A DNA stretch of 64,000 nucleotides from Coniocarpon cinnabarinum. Its lineage: Eukaryota. Each line of letters starts with the position of its first letter. Position 1 is the stretch's first letter. The DNA lies in assembly GCA_051942205.1 (NCBI GenBank), contig JAVECO010000045.1, forward strand, positions 62,001-126,000, read 5' to 3'. The notes below the pieces were generated by a model. That model was not told where the DNA came from. It saw only the letters and a list, made by a program, of their open reading frames with translations, and did not search any database. Shown here one piece after another: positions 1 to 10,359 of the stretch. Position numbers and translations under genes: made by a program.

Positions 1-810
1 AAGGCGCTTGGTGTGCCCAATGCCCAGCGACAAATCATCGAAAAAGACTACGCTCATGCAGAGTTACTGCGTCAGACGCTAGCATCGTCTCCTTCTCCAG
101 AGATGATGTCACTTGGGTCTCCTATCCTAAGCGAACAACGTGATCCGCTGAGGAGAGCGGAGTCTTTCTCAACATTGAACGGAGACAATAGCTCTTTTAC
201 AAACGATGAATCCATACATAACTACGGCTCTGGACGCGCTATCTGGTCATACGTTGTCGACACGCTTGATCCGGTTGCCAATCATACCTTGTTGTCTTGC
301 CAGAATCACTATTATCTCCTCACTCTCCTAGGTCATTATACGCGACAGTGTCATCCCGAATACTTGACTCCACAAGCTCACAGAAAGCTCAGCAGAGCTA
401 ATGCATTCAACAATGTACGGGTTCACACGGACGATGTGGCTGACGTGATTGAACGCATGCAGCCCCAGAGTCTCACGGTGGCCGTGGTCATGGATAGTAT
501 GGACTGGTTTGAGGAAGGCGATGTCAAAGCCCAAGCAGAGGTGCGTCGCCAAGTTCAGCTACTATTCCGCGCTTTGAGGACCGGTGGAAGGCTTTTGTTG
601 AGGAGCGCAGGGTCAACTCCGTGGTACCTACAGATCTTCGAGCAGAGTGGCTTCAAGCCGAAGCGAGTCAACACGCGCACTCCAGGATCATGTGTGGACA
701 GAGTGAACATGTACCGATCAACTTGGATTTGCACCAAAGTCTTGCCAAGAACACACTCTGCCCTTACAGATCTGTCTTTAGGAGACGGAGCACTGAAAGG
801 TGAATTGTGA
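1..810 (+). CDS. BTA1: Betaine lipid (DGTS) synthase, DUF3419-type C-terminal part; 5' end outside window
   Basis: Open frame from the window edge. Motifs VMDSMDWF, GGRLLLRSAG..PWY and DRVNMYxSTW match the fungal Bta1/DUF3419 C-terminus from recall. Confidence 0.8.
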   Translation, partial: KALGVPNAQRQIIEKDYAHAELLRQTLASSPSPEMMSLGSPILSEQRDPLRRAESFSTLNGDNSSFTNDESIHNYGSGRAIWSYVVDTLDPVANHTLLSCQNHYYLLTLLGHYTRQCHPEYLTPQAHRKLSRANAFNNVRVHTDDVADVIERMQPQSLTVAVVMDSMDWFEEGDVKAQAEVRRQVQLLFRALRTGGRLLLRSAGSTPWYLQIFEQSGFKPKRVNTRTPGSCVDRVNMYRSTWICTKVLPRTHSALTDLSLGDGALKGEL

Positions 811-1123
811 GCTTGATACGCGAGACGCATGAAATAGAGCGCACGAGTATCCCACCGCAGAAAGGTCGGCTGGTGTTCTCCAAATCCAACGATCGCATTG
901 CAGTCAACAACGCAAGCGACGCCACATTGGATTGCACTTTCCTTTTGAACGCATCTGCGCTCTTTCCGGTTGCGGGCATGGGAATCGTCCTTTCAAAAAT
1001 TCCGTCAACAGCTTTACTAGAATGAAGATGATAGCTTTCCCACCTTTGCTCACCTTCCAACACGTTACCTACTTTGTTTCATTCCTAGCAGCGTGGGATC
1101 CCTTCTTCCCTTTCGTTGTGGTG

Positions 1124-3401
1124 ATGATGAACCTAGGTCGCTCCTTGCCGCACAAAAGCAGCTCAAACCTGGGGATATGGGACACCAAAGATCACCTCAC
1201 CAGCGATGATTTCGATCACTTATTTCCCAAAGTGCTGAATGCAACGCCAGACATTGAGCCTGCTCCATGGAAAGCGCCTCCAGATGATAACTTGAGTGTA
1301 CACACCGTCGACCAGGCGGAGTGTGCTGTTTTAGAGGCTGCGCCTGAAGAAGCGTTAGTGGATCGCAAGCCAGTTAGCTACCAGGTAGGATGGCGTCAAG
1401 CAGCAATGGAGCTATCATGCAACTTCAGCACTCGCGCTGACACTTCTAGTGCAGAATGCAAGGCATGGCGTGGCAACTCAGCTTGGGCTTGCACGAGACA
1501 CTCAATCTTTAAAAGCGCAGTCCTGCTGGGCAATCAACGCTCTGAAGGAGCCGTCCATACAAACTCCAGCTCGTCCGAGTATTGATGCTCGCATTTCCGA
1601 ACCATCAATGAATATTCTGCGCGAGCTGAAGAATGCTGATGCAGGGCTCTTTGAGAATCAATGGGTCGAGAAATCATTTTCTCATGATGCACGCCTAAAC
1701 AGTATCCCAACATTACGAAAGCGGCCTCCGGAACGAGCCTCGAGGAGTGAAGACTTCATGCCATCGGCAAATTTTGCTGTAGCTGCCAGTTTCGGCGGCA
1801 TAAACGCTCCTGAGAGGCGATCTACAATCTTTGCAACGGCTCCACCAACTCCTTCCCATGATATTGAGAACCCTTTGAGAAACGATCTCAGTATACCCTC
1901 GATCCAACCTTCGGTAGGCATTCCGACTGCTCCAAAGCCACATCAAATACGACTGCGAAGAGCAACCAAGCCATTTGTGCCGAGTAAGCTCATTGAAGAT
2001 ATGATTTACTTGTATGATCATCCCACGGCAAAATTGCCAATCGCCAAAAGCAGCATCGCCGAGGCTGCGACCACCAAGACAGCAGTACATCTGTTCGCAA
2101 TGCAGCCGTCCACAGTTTCCGAGGACAGTCCAACGTTGACCGACGCTACTGTCAGACAGAGGAAGGTCAGTGCTACGCTACAGGTTGTAAGATCGAGAAA
2201 CAGCGTCTATGAAGTGATCTAGGAAGATACACTCAACGTTTTGAGGACAGATGGAGAACGGCGCAACGAGCAAGAAATGGTGTCAGACACTGGCTTAATC
2301 AATTGTGGAGGGTCAGCTTCAAGCGACGGTATGAACACAAACCTCGTGGCGTGGTCATGGGGCTCAGATCACTCAGAGTCTACAGGAAGCCGCAATTCCG
2401 GCCCCTGTAAGTCCAAAAATGTGGGGATTGCTACAGACGCTCCAAGCGAACACTCAGTGGAGGATGGGAAGCGCCCGCAAGGCCCAAGTACGAAGAGCAA
2501 ACGATCCAGCAAGTCTGTCCACGTTCAAGCGGCCGACACGACCGGTCATTCGAATGCAGAAACACCCATGGAAGATGACGAGTTGATTCATCGTCGCCGC
2601 GCGACAGATCCTACGAGCAAACCCCTTGCTGGCGGGATTTTCAAATCATCACCTCGACCTTACTCGCCTCAGTCGTCCGGGATAAGCAAGCAGATCCGTA
2701 AACAGCTGCTTGGCAATCGCAAGCCCTCTAACTTGCCTGCTGATGAAGAGCACTTCAAATCGCACCGCGATTCCCTGATGTTGACGCACCAACGTCTTTG
2801 GAATGGTCACAGCGATGCAATGGGCGTTGAAGGTGAAATGTCGAACGAGAGAGGTGGCACAGGAACAGACAACGAGGCTCAAGTCCAAACAATGCAGTGC
2901 AATGCAGATACAGGACAAGAGTCAGACGTGCACGCTGACCAGCATCAATCAGACTGTGAAACACACCGGTCCTCTCGTGATGCCACCGAGTCGAGACCCA
3001 TTAACTCCATTGCCACTCTTGTTCGATCGCCATCAAAGGGCATTCCAAAGAACGCGCGCCCGGACAAACATGGCGGCTGGCTGAGCTTGAGTGAGGAATT
3101 GCCCTCACCAACAAGCAAGAGCGCACCCTCTGGCTCTTTGAGCCCCAGCCTCGAGCCGCAGCAGTTTGCCCTTCCCGAGGCGCAATACCCACTCCACGAT
3201 GGGAGAGACAAAGGCAGCTCAACACCACACCGCGGCTTCCTTTCCCTAGCACCGACAACGCACGAGCCTGCACCCACTGTTGGGATCAAGAAGGGTCAAC
3301 AACCCTTACCTGCGCCCGGATGTGATGAAGCGGTCGCAGAGGAGGCACCAAGAGACCGAAAGGAGCGGAGAGATCGAGGCAGGAGGACAGTGAGTGAGTG
3401 A
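1124..3401 (+). CDS. Hypothetical low-complexity protein with one intron (1385-1454) and an in-frame TAG at 2220-2222 (pseudogene, edited stop or extra intron)
   Basis: Intron GTAGGA..GCTGAC..TGCAG joins ORF 932-1585 to ORF 1449-2222 in frame. ORF 2241-3401 is in the same frame as 1449-2222, separated only by a TAG. Start codon uncertain (1022/1124/1127). Confidence 0.55.
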
Positions 3402-4732
3402 GTGAGGGAGGGTGTTTGCATGCAGCCGCAGTTATCACGTGTTGAGGGTGACTGGACGGTTGCCAACATCAATGACCCAAATTGAAGACTGGAGTTTCAG
3501 CGAAGGAAAGGGCTAGAATCGTGGCACACAGAGGATGGAATATCCATTTTAAAACCCGCTCCTTGCTACCCGCCTGCTCAAGGCCTCGTGCAGTGTGTCC
3601 AGGATCTGTCGTTGTTCGCTGTACATTTTGCTCCACTGAGAGCAGCATCGGTGGGCGGGTAAGCGCCTCTGTGCGCGCTTTGATGCCTTTTGAACTGCCT
3701 GGACAGCCTTCTGTCGCACAGGTGTGTGTACACGTCTCATGAGAGGTGAGCTGCACAGTTGAGACTCCACACGGCAGATGGCAGACCGCGGCGTACATAC
3801 AAACGACGGGCGGACCGCATGTCTGGGAGGCCTGCTGGTACGGAGTCACGGAGTAAGGGATTGATTGAAGCTTGCATGTGACCTTGAGGACCCCAAGAAT
3901 CCACTGTGGGGTCTCTGGCACCCGAAAGCGCGCGGGAGAGACAGTACCCGGGTGCCACCATGTGTCGAGGCGGCGCGGGGAGTGCGAGTGGACCTCAATC
4001 TCTCTCTCGTCACACCATCAAACGCCGTCTTGAAGCGCTTTCTCGTCACACAGCCGCCACAATGTCCATTTCGTCGACCGCGTTTCGACACAGGTGCTCA
4101 AGACAGTGTTGAAACATGTGTCGAGGACAGTTGCAGATCCTGTAGCAAGTTCCGACGCGCCTGGCGAGGCCCACGAAGCGGCAGCAAGACCGAGCGGCCT
4201 CTCTACGCGTACCTAAAGATGGAAGAAGAAGCATCCCGCCCGAGCGACTAGTCCCAAACAGGCGATCCCCCTGCCGCACCGCCTGACCCGCGTGTGGCCC
4301 GAGCGCTGTTCCTGCATCGGGCGCTCCCTCGCTTTTCTGCTGCCCACCCCCTTGAGCCTCTTCTGCCTCTGTCTTTTCTCTTCTGCCTCCCACAATCTCT
4401 CTTCACTGTTCCTCACTTGCCTTTATTTCCTTCGCACATCGCTCCTACGTACATCTGTTTGTCTTCGGACGTCCAATCTTTGCATTTCAGCATTCCCGAC
4501 TCTCGTTAATACTACCCACTTAATCATCCAACTCTTCATCCCGTTTTCCCACACAACAGCACCATCAGCTCAGCCTTTTCTCCTTTTTGCAAATCAACCG
4601 TTCAATCGATCATCAGCTCCATAATTCGCGAACACCAGTCTCGCGCCGTTCTTCGACAAGTCTAAAAGACAGTTCAAGATTTGAAGCATCAGCTACATAA
4701 TCTCCAGAAACTCTCACGTTCACATCTCAAAA

Positions 4733-5908
4733 ATGCAAACACCAATCTACATTCTCGCCCTTGCGGCCTCTGCTGTCGCCATGCAATCCGCTGGCCCACC
4801 TGCCCCTGGTGCATACGGTGCCGCGCCTCCAGCTTACGGCGCCCCGCAGCCTTCCACCAGCGAGACTTCTGTCGCTTCTTCCGCGCCCGCACAGTCTGCT
4901 CCGGCATCATCTGCGCCCGCGACCAGCGCTCCAGCTGGGTACCAACCTACCCCAGTGAACGCCGGTCCAGGAGGTCCAGCTTCATACTCTTCCAAGGAGA
5001 CTGGTGTGCCCACCCAGATGCCCATCCCAAGCTCCAAATTGACGCCCACCCCGACTCCGTCTCCTTCGGCGCCAGGGGCCTCCCAGCCAGCATCTTCCAA
5101 GCCGGTTTCTTCATCATCCGTCTCCGCGCCAATTTCCTCTGCACCTGCCCAGGGCACTTCCCCGGCCACTCCATCTGCTCCCGCGATCCCAGCGATCCCA
5201 TCAAACTCCCCAAGCTCCTGCCCACCTGGCTACGCGCCAAAGGCTCCAGGTGCTTCCTCCAGCGCCCCCGCCGCGCCACCCGCGTCCATTCCCGCCTACA
5301 GCGCAACTGTCGCTCCTAACGTTCCTGGCTCCGGTGTGGGCTCTTCTCCCTCTACTCTGGTTCCTCAGCCCTCTGCTCCGGGTGCCAGTGCTCCCGCTAC
5401 GGCCCCAGGCTCCTACGGCTCCAGCGCTCCCAGTGCTCCAGGTGCTTCTTCAGCAGCTGGCGCTCCATCTGCCCCGGGTGCCAGCGCTCCAGCTGCTCCA
5501 GGCGCTTACGGCTCAGGTGCTCCAAGTGCTCCGGGTGCATCCTCTGCAGCCGGCGCTCCATCTGCCCCGGGTGCCACTGCCCCCGCTGCTCCAGGTGCTT
5601 ACGGCTCAGGTGCCCCAAGTGCTCCTGGTGCCAGTGCAGGTGCTCCAGCTCCTTACGCTCCTGCTGCTCCTGGTGCCTCTTCTGCGGCCGCTGCTCCAGG
5701 TGGCAGCGCACCATACTACCCAACTTCTGGTTCAGGTGCTAGCGTTCCGGGTGCAGCCAGCTACACTCGTCCAGCTGGTGTGGCCGGTGCAACTGGTACC
5801 CCAACGGGCAGCCGACCAGCTCAGTACACTGGTGCTGCAGGTATGGTCCTACCAAGCTTCGGTGGTGTTGCGGCCATGGCCTTCGCTGTTCTTTCAATGT
5901 TGATGTAA
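4733..5908 (+). CDS. Secreted Ser/Ala/Pro/Gly-rich, probably GPI-anchored cell-wall protein
   Basis: N-terminal signal peptide (MQTPIYILALAASAVA), low-complexity repeats, and a C-terminal YTGAAG plus hydrophobic tail typical of a GPI signal. Confidence 0.85.
   Translation: MQTPIYILALAASAVAMQSAGPPAPGAYGAAPPAYGAPQPSTSETSVASSAPAQSAPASSAPATSAPAGYQPTPVNAGPGGPASYSSKETGVPTQMPIPSSKLTPTPTPSPSAPGASQPASSKPVSSSSVSAPISSAPAQGTSPATPSAPAIPAIPSNSPSSCPPGYAPKAPGASSSAPAAPPASIPAYSATVAPNVPGSGVGSSPSTLVPQPSAPGASAPATAPGSYGSSAPSAPGASSAAGAPSAPGASAPAAPGAYGSGAPSAPGASSAAGAPSAPGATAPAAPGAYGSGAPSAPGASAGAPAPYAPAAPGASSAAAAPGGSAPYYPTSGSGASVPGAASYTRPAGVAGATGTPTGSRPAQYTGAAGMVLPSFGGVAAMAFAVLSMLM
5405..5640 (+). repeat. Coding tandem repeat, 93-nt (31-aa) unit, ~2.5 copies
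   Basis: Units start at 5405, 5498 and 5591 (PGAYGSGAPSAPGASSAAGAPSAPGASAPAA). Confidence 0.9.
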
Positions 5909-6428
5909 AATTTCGAATGAAACGGGGTTTAAGTGGAAGGATCGTTTGCGTCAAGGGACGTGCTCACAGAAGACGACTCAATGTGGGGGGCGGGGGGGAT
6001 GTGAGCATAGACGCGTAAGCGAGAATGACCATACTTGGATGCTGATGTAATTACTCTGGAATGTGATTTGTCTGAATTTGAAGTGTTCGTCTTCCTATTT
6101 GCTACGAACAAGTTTCTTCACAAGGCGTTCCCATCAAGCATGAGTATTTCGAGTAATTATCATGTATATGCAAAAATGCAGTTTGTAGCCTGGAACCGAT
6201 GTGATGCGCATGCTGGTTCTTGCTGGAGTGGACGGCATTTGTCACAAACCTGTTCTACCTGCACTTTATTTGCCAATCACGCCCATCTACTTATCTCGTT
6301 TCTGTCTGTGAATCTTGTGACCCTGCCCGTTGTACCTTAGCGGGCAACAACTGACTAACTGCAGTCGTACCAAAGACAACCTTAGCAAATTAGTCTCTTG
6401 CCGGACTTTCTTGCCTCAATGCGCAGCA

Positions 6429-8531
6429 ATGTCGCATGAAGACCTCCCTGATGTTGTAGGTGTCATCGCCGCTCGATTACGAGAGCTACTGCAAAAAGCG
6501 CGCTCCTCAAAGAGCTCCACCAAGATCGAACCAGCTCTATCAGCCTCCGACTTTGCTGCAGATGTCCGAAATCTCGCGGCCGCATCCACCGGGAACTCAA
6601 CAGCTGAAGCTGATGTCGAGGCATCAAAATCAATAAATCAGACCGCTCTCGAAACCGCTGCGCGTGAGATTATCTACGAAAAGATCGGAGCAGTAGATGT
6701 GCAAGAGCCGGATTTCGTAGACGTCTGGAACTTCCTCGATCTCCTGCAAATATGTGCGGACCAAGGACAATGCGATGCGGGATTGCCGCTGTGGCTTGTG
6801 GAAGAGATGTTGGACAGTCAGACAATCGATGGATGCCGTTACATTTTGGAATATCTCAAGTCAAGACGAACTCAGTTGATCGGCAAGGAACTGACACGCA
6901 ATAAGAGCAACACGATTCTCAGAACCTGCAACGAACTATTACGGCGGCTGTCACGAGCAGAAGATGCCGTGTTCTGCGGGGATGTCTTTGTGTTTCTCTT
7001 TCAGATGTTTCCACTGGGTGACAAAAGTGCGGTCAATCTTCGAGGCGAATTTCATGTGGAGAACACCACTACATTTGATCCAGAGCCCCAGCCAGAGCCG
7101 ACTCAGGATATTTCAGATGGACAGCAAAACGACGAGAATGCTATGCAGGTGGATCAAAATCAGCAGCAGAGCGCGGAGGCTGGTGCGGAAAAACCATCGC
7201 CGAGCACACAAGGTGAGCGAGACGCTGCACAAGAAAGGGCTACGGACACAAGTGCAGCGCAAACAGCAAATGTTCACGGCATCTTAAAAGACTCAGGGAA
7301 AGAGGGAAAGCCCAATGAAGACACTCCTGATTCTCGCACACTCTACCCGATATTTTGGTCCCTCCAGCACGTCTTCTCCAACCCCGTCACATCATTCGAC
7401 ACTGAAGCTCTCGGCGGCTTCAAGAAGGGCCTTGAGATGACTTTTGCAAAATTCAAAGCAACGCCAAAGATCCCGCGCGTGGCTGGACAGTCACGTAAAC
7501 GCAAGCGAGGCGAGAGCGATCACGACCTCGCGAACACCTTCAATCCGAAATACCTCACAAGCCGCGACCTATTCGATCTCGAACTCAGCGACCTCACCTT
7601 TCAGCGACACGTCCTTGTGCAAGCACTGATCATCCTTGACTTCCTGCTCTCACTCACGCCCGAAGCCAAAAAGAAGACGGAGTCACTCAAAGCACAGAAA
7701 TCCATGATCTACAACTTCACGCTCAGTGACGATGACACAAAGTGGTGTCGTGATACAAAGAGAACGATCAGCCAGTACCTGCAAGAAGGGCCCGATGGAA
7801 AGCTGTACTATAGGATGGTGGACAACGTTCTTTCACGAGATAAGAATTGGGTGGCATGGAAGGTTGAATCCTGTCACGAGATAACGAGGCCGCCGGTGTC
7901 TTTTGATGAATACATGAAAAGCGAAGAAGGCGTCAAACGCATGTGTGCTCCGCGACGAATCAAGCCACAAGTCATGGGGTCTTTGAATCTCGACTTTCTG
8001 GACGAGAAAAACCAAGATCTCGGTCTGGACAGGTTACGCGACTCGGCTCGACTGCAGCGACTGCCAACAGAAGAGCTCATTCGCGAAGTACAGAACATCG
8101 ACCTGGACCTTGAGATGGTGGATAAGGAGACACAGCCAGAGGAGTGGTCAGCACTGATGACGAAGCGAGCGAGCAAGACATGGCGTGCGTTGCGATTGGA
8201 GAGGACGAAGCGACTGTCGAAATTTACGAAACTGGATGAACAGAAGAATTTCGAAGATCTGTTACAACCGGAGGAAGCGCCTCCTACTGAGAGTGAGGCT
8301 GATCTTGAGCCTGCTCCGAAGAATGGCGAAGTCGAGGCGGTCGTAGTGCATGCTGAGAATGGGGTAAAGGAAGAGGAGACTGCTGGTATCATCCAGGACG
8401 GAGATGCGACCAAGGAGCTTGTTGAACCCACAGAGCAGCCAGTCGAACCAAGTGAAGATTCACCACCTCAGCCTATGAACACTGACGAAATTTCAGCCCA
8501 GGAGTCAAGAGCTGTCACAACCACGGATTGA
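6429..8531 (+). CDS. THOC1: THO complex subunit 1 (Hpr1/THOC1), intronless
   Basis: Motifs ILRTCNELLRRLSRAEDAVFCG, PLGDKSAVNLRGEFH, FNPKYLTSRDLFDLEL and RDKNWVAWK. First ATG at 6429. Confidence 0.93.
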   Translation: MSHEDLPDVVGVIAARLRELLQKARSSKSSTKIEPALSASDFAADVRNLAAASTGNSTAEADVEASKSINQTALETAAREIIYEKIGAVDVQEPDFVDVWNFLDLLQICADQGQCDAGLPLWLVEEMLDSQTIDGCRYILEYLKSRRTQLIGKELTRNKSNTILRTCNELLRRLSRAEDAVFCGDVFVFLFQMFPLGDKSAVNLRGEFHVENTTTFDPEPQPEPTQDISDGQQNDENAMQVDQNQQQSAEAGAEKPSPSTQGERDAAQERATDTSAAQTANVHGILKDSGKEGKPNEDTPDSRTLYPIFWSLQHVFSNPVTSFDTEALGGFKKGLEMTFAKFKATPKIPRVAGQSRKRKRGESDHDLANTFNPKYLTSRDLFDLELSDLTFQRHVLVQALIILDFLLSLTPEAKKKTESLKAQKSMIYNFTLSDDDTKWCRDTKRTISQYLQEGPDGKLYYRMVDNVLSRDKNWVAWKVESCHEITRPPVSFDEYMKSEEGVKRMCAPRRIKPQVMGSLNLDFLDEKNQDLGLDRLRDSARLQRLPTEELIREVQNIDLDLEMVDKETQPEEWSALMTKRASKTWRALRLERTKRLSKFTKLDEQKNFEDLLQPEEAPPTESEADLEPAPKNGEVEAVVVHAENGVKEEETAGIIQDGDATKELVEPTEQPVEPSEDSPPQPMNTDEISAQESRAVTTTD

Positions 8532-10359
8532 GTTATGGAGTCTCGCGGTCCAATGATGTATAGCGACGGTTTACGATCCGATCTCGAGGCCAGGTGATTG
8601 TGAGAGTCCAAGAATAAGAAAAAGGGCTTGCGGAAGCGGGCCGACGCCCGTATGCACACACCGTTTGGGGTTTGTGCACTTGGATATCACAATATCTGTG
8701 CCTGTGCTCAACATCTGCTTAGTGGTAACTAACTCAAAGATGAGCGTACATCAACATAGTCGCCGTCCAGCTTGAAGGACAGGTCACTGTTGAGCAGAAG
8801 ACTCTGGCGCGAAAAGCACAAGAGCAGTGACGTCGAAGTACAAGCCACATGAGACGGGATACTGGGTAGTAATCCACACACCCACGCACCCACGCAGAGC
8901 TGCCTTTCACATGCTTCATCTGTTGTCGCTCCAGATTACCCAAGTGCCGTGATCGCGCATCTCTCAGTGCCCCGCTTCATGCTCGGAGCAGGCCATCATT
9001 CACACGAGCAGCTGAGCTTTGTGTGCGAGCAAGTTCCAGAGCCCATTCTCTCGGTGCATCAAAGAGCGGTGTGCCCAAGTTACAAAGCTGCCTGCTTTGC
9101 AGCACCTTGAGAGACACCCTACACGGGTCAAAAGCTGCAACGTCCACCCGTGGCTGTCTGCGGCGCCTGTTCCCGCGATGAGGCTATTCTTGTTCCTCCA
9201 CTTGTGTAGGCATCTGAAAGGCGAGGGGGGTGACTCATCAGGCGTGCGTCTGTCAGCAGATCTTTGTTCACATTCTACTCCGTCCAAGGACTTGTTCGTG
9301 CACGAAGCATGCAAGTCAGCCTCAAGTCACTGCGACTTCTCTCCATCACCCTCGCCGGGACGCGCTTCGAGGGATATTTGTAACCAGTGCTGATGCACAA
9401 CCGTGGATGCTGCATATTCTACTTGACGCACGCGAGAGAGAGAGACGATTGCTGGTCCTCTCCATCCACCAAGCATTCACATTTTTGCCCCGAGTGTCCT
9501 AAGCACGGCAATTGAGGGAGAGCTTGGGACACGGTCGCTAGCATCTCGGCCATGACTTGTGTAAGTGTGTGGTCTCTGCCGGCTAGTATTGAAACACACG
9601 TGTCCACACATTTTAATGGAAGATGTGCCTGACGACACGTACGCGGAGGAGCATGGAAGCGTTGAGGCATTAGCTTGCGAGCGCCAGTGATGACGGCGGA
9701 GGGATGCGAATGTCAGAGCACGACGAGGAGTTTGGAGAGAAGCTTCCAATAATCTCCGTTGGCTGAGAGTGGAAGAAAACGTTAGGGCGGGCGCACGGAC
9801 CACCCAGGGTCTGAAATTGCGCAGCCAAACTCACTTTGCACGGTCGCTTTTACCCGACACTTTTTTTCTGCTGCTGCTGCTACTTGCTGTTCTCCTCTAC
9901 CACCTTGAGAACAATCCCCATCTGTGACACTTTGGGGACTTGTTGCATCGTTGTTCCCTGGGTGTCGGAGTCGTTGCTTTGTGCGACCTCTCTCCTCTCC
10001 ACTCACACGTCTTCCCTCGTCGGCGCCCGTCCTCTGTGACGTTTTCTCGCCACGCAAGGAGGGAGCCAGACAACCCTTTTGACTTTCGCCCACGTGTGGA
10101 TCGCCTGCAGCCTCTTTGCGAGTGTCTCAGCGAGTTCCCACCGTTGGCCGCTTTCTCCATTCGCTCGTCACTAACCTGACAGCGGATTTACCCAGTCGGA
10201 TTCGACGGAGTTGCACAAACTCCCATCGACGCTTTTCTCGGCTCTTTGATTTGACATCGCGAGCCGCCTTCTGGTCCAAGCGAAGGACCATCTACCTTTT
10301 CTTCCTCCCCTTTTCTATCAACTAATACACCTTCTGATACATCATCAAGAGTCGGATTC

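Noticed and set aside
8600..10350. Long region upstream of eIF4G with short ORFs and pyrimidine tracts
   Set aside because: Consistent with promoter and 5' UTR; no supportable ncRNA, intron or coding signal.
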